Source: Fimbriosthenelais zetlandica
Taxonomy: Eukaryota
Reading direction: 5' to 3'
Length of the DNA: 64,000 nucleotides
Assembly: GCA_977030845.1 (NCBI GenBank)
Contig: OZ365114.1
Span: 26,102,001-26,166,000, forward strand
The translations under genes were made by a program, and so were the position numbers. Below the pieces are notes generated by a model. It had not been told where the DNA came from, did not search any database, and worked only from the letters and a program-made list of their open reading frames with translations. Of the stretch, positions 38,401 to 52,059 are shown piece after piece (position 1 is the stretch's first letter; the number at the start of each line of letters is the position of its first letter).

Positions 38401-41400
38401 ATTTAGATCTTAGAACCTAAAAGCTCAGCTGCACTTTAGTACCTTTATTCTCTATTCTACCTACGAGTATACGAGACTATGAGAAAAGTAAAAGGCTGTA
38501 GTACTATTGAGAGGTTGGAACGTCACAGTAATGTATGTATATTAGCAATCAATGACACCAGAACAGGATTCGACAGCTTGTTTGTAGTCCTAATGGGATC
38601 TTTGAACCTGAATCTCAACGAGATGACTTTTGAATGTGAAGGATCTGCAAATGCTTACAACACCAAATAGTTTTATGTTCATCCTTGTAAGAGCCATGAC
38701 GAATGAACTGATTATTCTTACCTATGACGTAAATCCAGGAATTCTAGGAGTGCATACCACTTTAGTTGCCTCTGTAATAGACATCCAGGTACCTTACTAT
38801 TCTACTACAACCTGCGTCATCTGATTCATGGGTGTGTATAGCTAAACACCCTCTAGGGATTGTTCTCACTTTAAATCCTACTCTTCACTTCGATTTTTGG
38901 TACAAAAATAGAAAAAGTTGATAGACACGTGTGACAGACACATGCACTCATCACCACCTATTAGTTATGGCCTCAGGATTCACTATTTTTTCCCCATCTT
39001 TGGTACCTAGGAGGTACCTGGGATTTCTTATGCAACTTTTTCTTTCTGAAGGCGCCACAGTGCCGTTGTGCACATCTTACTATGTGGTTGAATAAAACAT
39101 CTATTTATAACACTGCATGTACAAGTATATTATATGTGTGCAACTCCTCAAGCTATTCATTGAACCTTCAAATTAATGCTACCTTCTATGATGAATTTAT
39201 TGGACATCTTTATGTTGTTGTGGGTAGACACTTTCAGTTCCACCTGTATCCGTTTACGCATGAATTTTCGATGAATGTATATTGAATGGCAGTTGATTAA
39301 TCATAGTAAGTACACAGATATGAGGAGATATGTTTCATGAGGACCTGTTTTGCCAGAAGTTGGTTGTGCTGGGTGTGCCTACCACTTCCCATGTGCGACC
39401 AGACATTGGAGAACTATAGTCTCAATATCCTCCCCAGCTTGTATTTCTCTGTTGCTACCAATACAGTTAATTTGACCCTCATAGGACTACATTAACAAAG
39501 CACATTGATCCCCACTGTCATCAAAGTCCAATCTATAAATTACTCTGTGGTTCAGGATCAAAGACCTTCATTTACCTGTGTCATTCGATCATGCTAGCAT
39601 TCCCCAGACTCCCCCACCTACCACCATCTTAAACAACCAAACCCCCTCCCTTTCATTTAATTAGAATCGATCGACAAACAGGTGTGAAAATCACATAGAA
39701 TGATTCAGTTGTCCTGCCCTTTATGCTCCTCTCCCGCGGTGGACTATTGTCATGGACGTAAGCTTCCCGCTGTCATCCATTGTTGTCTCGTTCCGGTGTC
39801 TTTACAACGCCGTATGCGGCCCTGCTCTTTTTTGTGGTGAGTCGCCCATGGTCCGTTCATGAGACGGCGCTTGATCTTTATGGTTAACCCCGCCCACCTC
39901 CACCAAGATCAATCAGGATCACTTATCAGGAATGGGACTCATCTGATCCCCTGAAAGCGATGGCTTCTGTCATTTTCACATTGAGGCTGATCAAAGTTAC
40001 CGGTTGGGAATCTTGAGTTATGGCCCCTTCAGACAATTCAGTTGTCAACCGACTAAAAGTGTAAATATTTGCCCTGTAAGTTCATTCCAGGATTTGCCGC
40101 AGGAGGGAGTTACATGTCTGTCAGTTGATTTATGATTAGCTGTTGACCAGTATCCCCCTGAGGCGCTTTCAATGACAAGGCCTTACTTAAAGCTTACTAA
40201 GAATATATTGGCTTCTCCCCGCCCGCAGATTAAGTGTATCCAAGAAAAAATTTGAATTTCATTTGAGAAATGGCTGTATAAAGCCTCTATAACTCAATCG
40301 ATTCATATGCATATGCAATTCAATAATCTAACCAGTATCGAATGTCCTTTATAGAACGTATAAAATATATTCTTTGAATAAACCAAATCGCATATATATA
40401 TATGCATGGACCTCCTCCCACTATACTCACAATAGTTTCCTGGGAACGTTTGATAACCGATGCTCCGATGCTATTAAAGATATCTATACATTTTAGTTCA
40501 CGTGAGGTCCAGCTTTATTTAACGTGAAAGTAAATGTGTAGTGATTATGATATATCGAGTGTAAACTTTGTACCTTCTAGTCTTCACAGTGCATTATATC
40601 AAACATTGAACATCTCACATGTCAGATTCCATTACCCATCTTTAGATGTATCAGTAACTCCTATGGATTTGTCTTCCCACTGTCAGGATTGCATGTATCT
40701 ATATGCTGTGAACAGAGACTTAAGTTGAAACCAAAAACCACTTCTAACTGTTAGATTTTTTCTCTCGGCCGCCCCCACTGCTTGGCAGTCCCATCTAGCA
40801 AGTGTAAACCTAGCTTGATGAATTAGAGACACCTCTGCTCGACATTCCTCGGGCCTTTTCTTCTCTTACATTTTCCGGTGTCTTATACTGAGTTTCAATA
40901 GCCCTAGGGCTTGCCCTGGCGTTTTGTCCTCAAGTTGGCTACACTAAATACACTGTAGGTTTTATTTGCTGTAAACTTTAAGAGACAACCTGTGGTTATT
41001 GGCTAAGTGGGAAAACATTGGTGAGTTACTACTTGTACACAAAAAAGCCCACCAGAACTTGTTTCCCAGGTAAATATTGTACAAGCGCTTTATGTAACCT
41101 CCTAAAGTGATATAAGTTGAGAGTTGAGCAGTCGAGGAAATGTTATTTGAACATTGGGCATTTTTCAGCTACAACATGTTATCGGTGGTTCTTTTTGCTG
41201 AAGGGTATCAGTTATTTCGCAAGTGCCACATTTGCTCTCTGCCTGATATACCCCGGAGTGAATGATGGTCACCTATTGACTGGTAAAGTTAGGGGCGTGT
41301 GTCATCATTCTTCCATACAACTACATTCAAACATGCACTTTTGTGAAAGCCTTGCATGCGTGCTGAAATAGAAACATGCCAAGATTTGCTGCAAACCTCA

Positions 41401-42943
41401 GTAATGGTCTCCGCACAATGTAACTTTTGTGTCTGTATTGATTCGTTCCTTTATCCGACACGTGTTTCTGGTGATAAGAAGAAGGCGAATCATTGCCATT
41501 GAAGATGCCTAAAAGGCATGAATCCCGTTGGCTTAGGCTTTCCTCACACCGCTTGGGCAGACCTTTTGTCAGAGTGTCGATGAAGCTTGATATTGAGACT
41601 GGCTGAGGTGGCGAGGCTGGAAAACACAGATGGTGCTGATCTTTGATCCTAGCTCTGGACTCATTAGCGTGGCAAGCTTCTTCCATGGCTACCAGCTCCC
41701 AGTAAAGACACTATCAATCTTTACCCCCTTCCTGCACTCACCTTACAAAAAACTACATCCGTTTCTTTATGACGCGGCATTGAAAAATCATTTTACCTGG
41801 AAATAACCCTTTGCCGGGGGTGTTCCATACCACATTTTCTTACTTAATAGAGACAACAAAGTGTTGTAAGGAATTGATTGAGGTAAATTGTTCTGGGTTG
41901 TGAGCCTCGGTCATCATTGATCCCTTGAGCAGGGAGAGGGGAGACCCTCAGGTCTTAATGAATCTGGAGGTTGATCATAGAAGGCCTGAATCACCCACAA
42001 TGACCAGGGCCCTATTTACTCTACCCTTACATCAGCCTCTCACCCTCCCCCACCCATTGATGGCGGTCACAATAGGAGTGGGGAATCACTTGCTAGAGGT
42101 GTCATGAACAATAGCCGAGCCCACCAACAGCTTGGTTAGGTCCCAGAAGTGTCTGCCACATTAGGGACAAATGCTTTGACTTGTATCCAACTGCATACAT
42201 AGGTATGGGATAGTATCCTATATACGGTTCATATACTGGTTTCATATACTCCAGTTGTTATTTGTGTTAACAATTGAAGTACTGACACTTTGGAGCGTAG
42301 AGTGTGCAGGTGATACTCACCTCTAAACTCCAGTTTAGAGTATCAGTGGTAATGGTTCTAAGCATTCATGCCTCAGGCTCTAGCTGGCCTCATGGTGGTC
42401 AAGTAGTTCGTGGTTGAATCTTATATCATGCTCAGACCAATAGTAACTCTCCACTCTCATGTACTCGACACACATTTCATTGAAAATGGGGTGCTTTGAC
42501 GTTAGGTTGTCTATGGTGAGGAGTGTCAAAACCCACCTCCCTTCAAACAAATGCGCCTGCTGCTACAATAGGAAGAGTTGGGCGATATGGGGCCTTTTGT
42601 GACCGATAGGTGGCGCGGATTTTACCATTTTTCCTCAATGACCAGGCCTTAAAGTAAGCAGGTGTCTTCGTAAAATTTCCGTACTTAAATTGGTCCTTCA
42701 TTTTAATCCAAATTTAGCTGCTCAGGAAATCAGAATCCAATCTGCCATTGTTAGATACTTTTTAATGGGAGTAGTTGTCTACTGGGACAATTAGGATGTG
42801 TTCTCTCTAAGCCATCCCTCATTATACAAGATGATTGACAGACAGAATACCGAGGTCCCTGTGACCTTGTGTGTATCAAGACTGGCAGCCCTCAGCCTCA
42901 AACCCTCACTCTGACTGCCCTATCTCCACCAAGGTTATACATT

Positions 42944-42960
42944 AGGTCAATTCAAGGTCA
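42944..42960 (+). promoter_or_regulatory. Perfect nuclear-receptor DR5 (RARE-type)
   Basis: AGGTCA-attca-AGGTCA. Confidence 0.35.
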
Positions 42961-43747
42961 GCCTGACTACCAGACCCGTCTATGAAATGTACATCCACGT
43001 CCAGGGGCACTTAGCCACGACAATGGCGGCCAGATAGGGGCCCAAGGTGTGCTTATCTTGTTGGTCTTCCAATTTGGGCCCCCTTGGTCAGTGTCTGTAA
43101 TTAGATAGAAGTTGGACAGCCATGGCCGACGCCATATTGGATAAGCATTATCCAGTTAGTGCCTGGTTTCCTTGGGAAAGGCAAGGTCAGGCAAAGAAGG
43201 GCAAGGAAGACAGGCTGGGGAAGGAATTCTCCAATGAATTTCATTTGGCTATGATTTATTCAGCAAATGGGTATCGATTTCCTGAGCTATTTTGTATTTT
43301 GGGAGTGTTGTGATTTATTTGGCTTGGGCCTTTAAGATTTTCAAGTAAGGAAAGACTGACAATGATTGGATGTTAAGCCTTGTATAATGGATTTCCTCAG
43401 TATGTTTTTGAATGTGCTTTTAGACGTAAGAGAAAACCCTGTATTAATTAAGCAAGGCACCCTATAGCTTGATCAGAGAAGCTCAAACTTATACATTTAC
43501 TTCGCTAACATTGCTAAGATCATGTTCAATTTAAAGTATTTTTAGCATTTCTTAAACATTTTGGAATCATTAATAGGATCTGACTTATGTGTCTTTACCA
43601 ATTGAATGGTCTTGATAAGGATCTGTCTGACAGAACCTTGGACGTGAACACCGGTGTTTTCTCAGTCGTGATCTCCTTATGCCTTTTCGATGATCAGAGA
43701 TTGTTGACGTTGCTAATCTCACGAGATCTGCCCTAGATCCCACTGTG

Positions 43748-43836
43748 TGTACTCACCGGAGTGGGTGCAGGATCTCAGGCTTGTCTTCACAATGGTGCTG
43801 GGTTGCGCCTTCAACCAACGTGAAGACAAGCGATCC
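43748..43836 (+). other. Two adjacent stem-loops (candidate structured RNA element)
   Basis: 9-bp stem with CGGA loop and two G-U pairs (43748-43769). Then ggatc/gatcc plus a perfect 12-bp stem gcttgtcttcac (43779-43790) / gtgaagacaagc (43820-43831) with an inner ggttg/caacc helix. Confidence 0.45.
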
Positions 43837-44310
43837 AGGTTTATCGAAGGCCGAAAGGATCAAAAGGCAAGCCTTTGTTGTAGAGTAGAAGCCCTAGGTA
43901 AACATTGATTCTCCCAGATGGAAAGAGCCAAGGAAGGAATGAGCAGGACACACAGATATATATATTGGATTAGTCCTGATGAAAAGGAAGTTGGGGCCGA
44001 AAATGTGTGAGAACACAGCTTCGTCTTGATTGGAAGTCTTCCCAGCGATTTCGTGGCTCACTTTCACCCTTCTCAATGCTGTATTCAATGTATGGAGTAG
44101 TGGGTGGGAGTTTGTATGCTAGCTTTTCTATAGAGTATTGTAAGGTTTCCCCTTACTAGCCCTTGATTTCCGGATTGGTGCTTTCAATGGTCCTTCACTG
44201 TGGCTTGATGTCGTTCATTACAAGCGTTGATATCCTATGCTGAAATCGATGGAGCACTTCAAATCGGTCGGAATTCAATTACAAATCCTCAAGGGGCTGG
44301 CAATCTGGTT

Positions 44311-44350
44311 TTCTCTATGAAAACCTGGCATTCTCTATGAAAACATTGCA
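44311..44350. repeat. 20-bp tandem duplication
   Basis: ttctctatgaaaacctggca / ttctctatgaaaacattgca (18/20 identical). Confidence 0.85.
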
Positions 44351-45805
44351 GTCTAGTCTGGAGGAGTTTTCGATTCAATGCTCTAAAAGCACCGCTTTTG
44401 ACTAAAACATGCTGATTTGCATTATCAGTACAAGTAAAAGGCATCATCTGAATCACAATAAAAGTTTATATATTAACATAATTTAAGGATTTCAGATCGT
44501 GTCAGTTAAGTGTTTGTGGCAGCCTCCTTCACAGCCTTCATCAGTTATATCCTGGGTTGGGAGAAACCCACCTTGACCTGACCCCGGACAGGCGACGCCT
44601 GGCGGCAAATGCCAACAGTTATTTGAGGGCAGACTCCTACACTTCATCCACCAGCCTCGATCCTTCCCACCCTTCACCCTCTCCAATAACAACTTCCAAT
44701 ATTCACCTTTCCCCGTTTTGATCCCTGCCTATACCCAGTTTACAAGGAATCGATATCAATTTCATTCAAGCCTCAATCCATCATAACAAACGAGTGTGTC
44801 TGAAAAATATGACACACAGGCATGCTGCACGTGCACGCATAGAGATCATGGGCGCCATGTAAACTAGTTACCACCCCGTATCACTTCCCTTCGTGTGTGA
44901 AGGAAATACATGCTAGGAATAATAGGTGAACTAGGGTGGCATTGCAATAACTATAAAATAGGGAACCCAACCCCCGGGCGTCACCATCATCAAAATGGTG
45001 ATATATTTTACTCGTGTGTTCCTTGACTCGGGGATAATAAAGCACGTGGGTTATTAAGCCTCAATACAGGTGGTTTCCTACATTTAAGACAATGTGTGCG
45101 TGATTCGAGAGTTAATGTTGAGATTGGAAAATCTGGCTTGAGGTCTTATATATTGGGGAAGGCTTGTCAAATCTTCAGAAATTGTCGCCAGTATAGACTG
45201 GCGGGTAGTCAATACCTGGGTCCTGATTATATTGAGCTGAAACACTGAACAAAGTTAATAGTGAAAGAAGGTTGAAGGGAGAGGTCCAAGAAAGTCATCG
45301 GTGACTGACGTATTTCAACAGGCGGGTGTGATCTGGGTAGCAAATAAAAAGTTAAAACACAGACGAGAGATCCAGCAGGCTGGCGAAGAGCTTAAAAAAC
45401 AACGACACTGTCATAAATCTCTCCTCCCTCATCCCTTTGGACGTGCTACAAGGTTCTTCTGAACTAGGTTTTCAAATTGCGGATCAATGAAAAATGAAGG
45501 GAAAGGCTATCGCAGCAAAATGTTCTGGGTTTATTAGTCATGGTGAAACTTGGCCATCTCTTTTTTACCGAGACTGATACAATGTTCATAACCTGCTTCA
45601 GAAATCCACAGCTCTGTAGAATCTGTTGCATAGGTGTATCTATCCTAGGATATAAGATTGCGCTGATAGAGTTTGGCATTTATAGTGTACACAATGTATA
45701 GCCTGGCCAGGGTTATATACTGAAGGTTCGCCTCGTATCTATACTGTGGTAGGATCGATGACCTTCTGGTGCCAGGTGTAGAACCCCACTCGGTGGGTCG
45801 TTACC

Positions 45806-45832
45806 TTTGACTGACCAGTTTTGATTAGTTAG
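45806..45832. repeat. Dispersed repeat, copy 1 (copy 2 at 52684-52712)
   Basis: tttgactgaccagttttgattagttag versus tttgactgaccagtttttggattaattag; 17-nt exact core plus extension. Confidence 0.6.
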
Positions 45833-48800
45833 ATTTTAGGGTCATTACCCTGCTGCCTCCATACCATGCCCTCTAGATTTCCTCCAGATAAGCTGGTTTC
45901 ACCTGGAGAGACTACTTCAATATCTTTCTCTTCAGCTATTGTCGGTTTGGTAACAGGTCGTGAACGTAAGCCCATCAGCCCACATTTCTAGCCACTTGTA
46001 TTGTTTACATCCTCCTAAATATTTTGGCATATTTTGGCATTTAACACTTTCACAAATTGTTTATTTCTCCGCTGGCCCATCCTGCGCCTCAATCCTTCAT
46101 TCAAGTTCATCCCCTTCCTCCCCGAGCAGTTCAACGTTCCATATAGTAGGAAGACTTATGTTCAGGAGTATTGACAGAACAGCTGGTTTACAGCTTAGGC
46201 ACATTCTTGAAAATATCTGCCAACAGAAAGCAATAACTTTAAATATAGTCCTGTGCATCTCGACCTACAAAGTTTAAATACAAAATTCTTGAGGCTGTGA
46301 GTTGGAGCGGGCTGTGTAAATTTGTTATGAGAGGGTGTCTGATATATTTGTATGTCCATGATTACTGTGCCAAGAGGATTATTTGTTGACTTTCCTATGA
46401 TCTAACATGGTGTAATCTAGTATTATCGATGCTCTCATGGGATGGTCCTACACCAGGAGCTCAATGTTATGCTTTCCACACTTGAACATTGATGATTTTT
46501 AAAGTCCGGTAGATAATATGAAAAAAAATATATCATCAAAGACAAAATTGAAAGGTTAATTTAGGTTTCCGATATATTTAGGAACAAAACTAGCTATGTT
46601 TGTCACTGTCTGGTGATAAAATCCAAAGTTAAAGTGTGTATGAACTACCTGATCACATTCATGTGTTATTCTCAGATGACATTTTCTTTCAAGGCACCTG
46701 TTTGCTAATCTCTCATATGTCCCTTCCTGGCTGTTTATCTTTCACCGTTCCAGTCTTCAAGATGTCATAATTTTTCATTCATCATAAGCATCATCTTGAC
46801 AGTGGCAGCCTCATTGGCAAACACTCCCACCTCCAGTTTTTACTATACCACACACTTGGCTCGTGCATACCCCATTCACACGTATTCATACACCTTTCTG
46901 CATTCCTCCTTCCACCACTTTTTCAAATTCAGCCAGATTTCTGCTGGTGTATTGGAGCAATATTATGAAGGCAAGGTGCAGAGTCGGTACCATTTCAGAT
47001 GTGGGAGCGAAGATCTATTTGTTTGCACTTAACCTCTTATCTCTGCCTTCCTGTGAGCCTTCAACCAAGCAAATGATCGCACTTTTAAGCGGCTGCCCTT
47101 CCCTCGTGAACCTAGCCTAACCTTCTACCTTGTCATGTACATCATCACTTGCCCATTTTCTACCTTCCTCCCTCAGACTCACACGTACCTCCCGGATTTC
47201 TTCTGCCCGGCTCATTCCCCTGACACTGATTCGCTCTGACAAACTCACTGCCCCAGTCAACACCTTCCCGTCAGCCCCCGCGACGTTACCTCCTTCCGGT
47301 TCCTGGTAGCGGTTTGCCTCGTGGCAGATGCGACCCTCCAAACAGCCTCGGGCTGATCATGCTATCATGGGGCCAATATCTCTGTTTTACACCAAACAGT
47401 GTTAAATCTGATCAGGAGGGCATTTGTCTTCCTTGAGCTTAGAAGGCAAAGATGCCCTTTTAGATGTGAACATATAGGAATTATTGGGCGGGGAGAATTG
47501 ATCCTTCTCCAATAGCACACCATGTGGCGCTGCTCAATCGACTGAGCGTGAGTTATGAACGCTTCCGTGGAGGGAGCTCCTTGGCACGGTGACCAATCGT
47601 TGTTTGCCACGTTGCTTTCTCTCTTGCTTTCTTGCCTCACTTCCTGCTGCTAGTGCGCATGCTCCTGGCAGGGGGCAAAGGGGGCAGTATTACACTTTGA
47701 ATTTCCTGGCAATGGAGAGGAATGAGAGTAGTCAACTCTATGGAGAGCTGCAAGAATACACGACGAATATGTGCATTCCAGAGACCGCTGTTACTTATTT
47801 TAATTAATTTATCATCTGTGAGTATTAATTGTGTATGTTGTCGGGGTTTTATAGCTTTACTCCCATGTTGTCGCTGCCATAACCTTGTATTAAGCAGGAC
47901 CTAAACTACCTTGGAAAGCAGATTTATCAGCAGTCGTAATGTTATTTTGCTATCATAGTACAGCTCTATAACGTGAGGCCTAATTGATTTCTCTCTCAGG
48001 CTTTCCCACACGTTCATAAGCCAAGCATCAAACATGGAAGTTACGATAGTTTTATTCCCATCATGGAAGACCTGAAAGAGTAAAAACCCACACTGGTACA
48101 CCGTGCTTTAAATCATGCCCTACACGCCCTAAAATATCTCCTATACTCCCATTTTCATTTCCTTGTATACCTTTTACAACATTACTAGTCCATCTTTTAT
48201 TCATACATAGAAGGTCCCTAAATTACCGTGTTGTGAATTTACATATAAATGAATTGGGAGTAAAACAAAAATTCTACCATGGAGCTGGTGAGTGGGGTTG
48301 GTGGCTACATGGTTTATAGGGAATTTATAGCACTTGACCCTCTTGCTATGCCAGGGAGGCGGGGATGCCGAGGGCGGTACTTTATTACAGGGTCGTGGAA
48401 GGAATGCCAGATTGGCCATTATACAATATTCATCGGTTATTATTTGTTTCATCAAGATACTGCATCGAGAAGGATGAATTGATGTAAGAATGCTCAATGG
48501 GGAATTGTAATGACACAATCGGATAATGTGATGACATATATACTACCCCACTCGTATAGGCCTATACTTCAGATCGGGACAGATTGATAAAGGAATTTTA
48601 TCTTAATTACAAGTGAGAATATGTTAGCTTAATTGGAGATATTTTTTTCACCTCTCACCACACTTTACTTACCAAGATAGTCGATCAGTTGAAGGTATAT
48701 CATCTCTCACCATCAAATGAGTATGTGATATGACCCCAATATGGCAGTAAATGGATCTATACTTGTAAACATGCGAGCATGATATCACTTCAGCCTCATG

Positions 48801-49152
48801 TCTAAGTCTCTATAGTACACCTATACTACCAATAACACTGTCCAATAATGTTTGTAACCACCCAATAATAGCTTCACACCGAGGATTCAATAAAGTATAA
48901 CTATCCAAATTTATCAGTCCATATCCTGCCCTATACAGCAGCACTGCTGGCCGGAGCACTGCCTCCACTCTGCGATTTCATGCAAAGGGGGAAATCAGGC
49001 ATGCGACACAGCCGATTCCACCACAAATTTCAGGAGCGAGATGGAAATTTATAGGTCAATCATGGCGCGGGGAAAGTGTGCTCGGGGGTTTTGTGTGCTC
49101 GCTGAAGGTGTGCAGGGGGTGTGATTGTTATAAATTTATGGAGGGAAAGGTT

Positions 49153-49178
49153 GGGGGAAGGGTGGGGGAAGGGTGGGG
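49153..49178 (+). other. G-quadruplex-forming motif / short tandem GGGGGAAGGGT
   Basis: gggggaagggtgggggaagggtgggg, five G runs with loops of 1-2 nt. Confidence 0.55.
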
Positions 49179-49300
49179 CAGAAAGTGGTGAAAAGAGGCG
49201 TGTATGACGATGATCAGTGAGGGTGGTCAGAGCCTCTGCTGCCTTGATCATTTGAAAAGAGACTTGGTGAAGATAATGGAAGTGAGCATCTCTCTTTGTA

Positions 49301-49340
49301 GCCACGTGACCTCTAAGGTCACATGGGTTGGTCACGTGAT
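49301..49340. promoter_or_regulatory. Palindromic E-box/nuclear-receptor composite
   Basis: ccacgtgacct-cta-aggtcacatgg (10/11 inverted arms, 49302-49326), plus gtcacgtgat 49331-49340. Confidence 0.35.
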
Positions 49341-50556
49341 TCTAGTCCGTCCAATACTCATCTAGAGTCTTTGACCCTAAATCATTCCTGTATATTGCAG
49401 TCTAAGTTGACAGACAATAATGTCTTATTTATAACGGCCCTGGTTCCCATCAAGGAAAGCAGAGTCCTATTAATATCTTTTTTACACGCAACCAGCACAA
49501 CTGCCTTACAAAAAGCCTTGATCGACTTGACGTGACTATCTGAATTGGCGACTATTGATTTCCATTGTTTGCCAAAGTCACATTGAGTGTGGGGTGTAAA
49601 ACGGCCCAATTGACCGCTGAAAAAAATAGTCCGCCAGATACGTTCGACCTTCAGCTCTTGCAGCAAGCTGCCCTTGCCGCTTTTAGGTGAAGAGGCCTTT
49701 AATGAAACGGCCTTGTTTTTATGACCGATGAGCTAATGATGAGACCTCCTATCACGAACTGAAAGGCTCCTATTGTAAACAGGGAGACTGCAGCTCATAC
49801 TGACCATAGAAATTCATTAACTCAAAGCCTTTAAACGATGCTCTCTGAAGGCAAGAAATGTACAACTTTTTTCTCCCAGAATTAACCTGACTTCCTTTGA
49901 TAAAAGGTTATTGTTATTTAATGAAGTCTTGGGAGATAGCTGGCCTGTGTGTGCTGTGTGGAGAAGTCCAGTATTGGAATCTGTTCGTCGGCCATGTTTG
50001 TTATAGCCGGGGAAAAATAAACCTCCATGTTAATGACTTTATCACGTGATGCCTCTCCTTCTCTCGTGCTTTTAATGAATGAAGAAGACATTAATCATTA
50101 AACTTCCAGAGGCAGACATGTTTTCCCTTCATATGCCAGCGGTCACAGCTTCCTATTGACTGGCATCATATCAGTAATATTACTATGGTCAATCAGGGAA
50201 CTGAATACTGGCCCCGGGCGCTGAGTTACCCCATACGACCCATGTAGATACCATTCAGGTGCTAACTGAGAACACAGCTTCTACTTGTATGAGATACATC
50301 ACATAATCGAAATGCATTGCTCCACAATCAGTTCCAGCAAATAGTCAGAACAAAACTAGGATATTATGTGGAAGATAATATCTTTTTCAAAATCCTAGGT
50401 AAATATAAAGGAATTCATGTTTTGTATAGATCTATCTGTTTATGACATTCAAAATATCATCTATCACTCCCTCAGGTCACTCTTTCAGAAGTGTCACTTA
50501 AGAATGAAAAGTCAGAGTCAAGGTGCTTCCATTAAGGCTGCTACTTAGGACAGCTG

Positions 50557-50657
50557 TCATTGGCTAGCAGCATACATAAGGTCAACTCTTATTGGCTGAC
50601 GAGGCCTCGTGGCGCCATCTCGCAGCTATCCAGACTGCTTTCTTTTTGTCACGTGAC
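50557..50657. promoter_or_regulatory. NF-Y CCAAT pair plus USF/TFE E-box
   Basis: ATTGGCT at 50559 and 50591 (32 bp apart), ggcgccatct near 50611 and GTCACGTGAC 50648-50657. Confidence 0.4.
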
Positions 50658-51547
50658 TGAGTCTCCTGGGATCTGATGGCCCAGAAGCCTGTTTGACACC
50701 TGCAAGTCGTCTCTTCCTTTACACGTGAAGTTTACTCCCTGTCTCTCACTGTCAGTTAGTGTGATTTGTTGAGATAACGCTGGTGCTATCATATGCTCGT
50801 TTAGTTATGTTATAGTTCATAATTCACGCTACAACCTGTCTGCCATATGAACCTTTGACTTAGATGCTGATTTCACAGAATAACAAAGCTAATTTATCTC
50901 TTTCCTAAACTATAAATCGAATTCTTCATTCCTTTCCTTGACGATTGATATTTGTATACATACATTAAATGATTAGAGATCTACATTATGCATCCTCTAT
51001 TATGACTATTTGACATTCGGGCTTCATGTTGTATGGGATTTAGGGTTTCTCATCCCTCGGATCGAAGTCCCATGTATCAAGCCTGTGATCTATCTCTCAT
51101 TGGGTCTACATTTGTCTTTATACCAAGTTGGATTTTATTGAGTCATATGTGCACATATCATAATCTCCCTAGAGAAGAAAGGTAATATAGCTGTGACTTA
51201 GACGTTCATTGGATTGACCAGTAAGTGCCATATTCACCCACCCATGTACACATCAGAAGCCATCATATAGCAGGGATGTGGCTTCTACCTGATTTAATGT
51301 ACATACATATACCAGTAGTATAGTAGGCTAGTGGTAGGGCAGGTTGTGAGGGGTCTGTATATATATCCCTCACTGAAGAATGTGGTCAGTTAAGCTGATA
51401 TTCTGCATATTAAAAGGCTGGTTGCTACAGAGGATTTAGGTCGTGGAAGAGGATATGAAAGGGTGGTCCCATGCAAGCTGTAGATATGCCTCCACATAAA
51501 CCAAAGCCAAGTAAGCATTAGGTACACAGGTGGTAACTTAATGTTTA

Positions 51548-51745
51548 GCGAGAGATAGGGAGAGAGTGAGACGGAGGGAGAGGGCGAGAGGACGAGAGTG
51601 GGAGAGAATGTGAAAAAGAGAGTGAGTGGATGAGAGTGAGAGACAGGGAGTGAGTGAAAAAGAGAGAGGGTGTGAGAGGGAAAGTGTGAAAAAGAGATTG
51701 AGTGAATGAGAGGTAGGGAGAGAGAGAATGTGAAGAGAGGGGCCA
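51548..51745. repeat. Purine-rich degenerate minisatellite
   Basis: GA-rich tract with tgaaaaagaga at 51611, 51655 and 51687 and a variant at 51731 (spacing 44/32/44). It explains the S/L/H-rich pseudo-ORF 51390-51746 (-). Confidence 0.85.
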
Positions 51746-52059
51746 TGAGACTCTTAGAGAGCCATATAATATATGAATGGCAATGTCTATGCCCGACGTA
51801 GGCCTATGTAGACATTATAACTATAATTTATATACAATTTAAAGATGTTCATTCAGCATCAAGGACATCAATTCAGCAGTCAGTGGTTCCTTGTCTTACT
51901 ACCTTTGCATTCTGTGTGATTTGTCAAAACCAGCGTAACACATGTCTACCACAGCCAGCCTGGTTGTTCATCCTTCCTATAAGAAGCGTGTATACTGCCT
52001 GAGGCCCTCTTTCATTAACACCAGACTACCAACCCCTCCAACTCTAACTCTCATCCCCC

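Noticed and set aside
41520-41660. Copia RNase H-like HH...DTLTKGLPK on the minus strand
   Set aside because: Spacing is about 6 residues short and there is no other copia support.
47117-47341. Protein-looking 74-aa ORF with a GAG|GTACGT donor on the minus strand
   Set aside because: No acceptor and no recognised homology.
51390-51746. 118-aa ORF on the minus strand
   Set aside because: Artefact of the GA-rich repeat.
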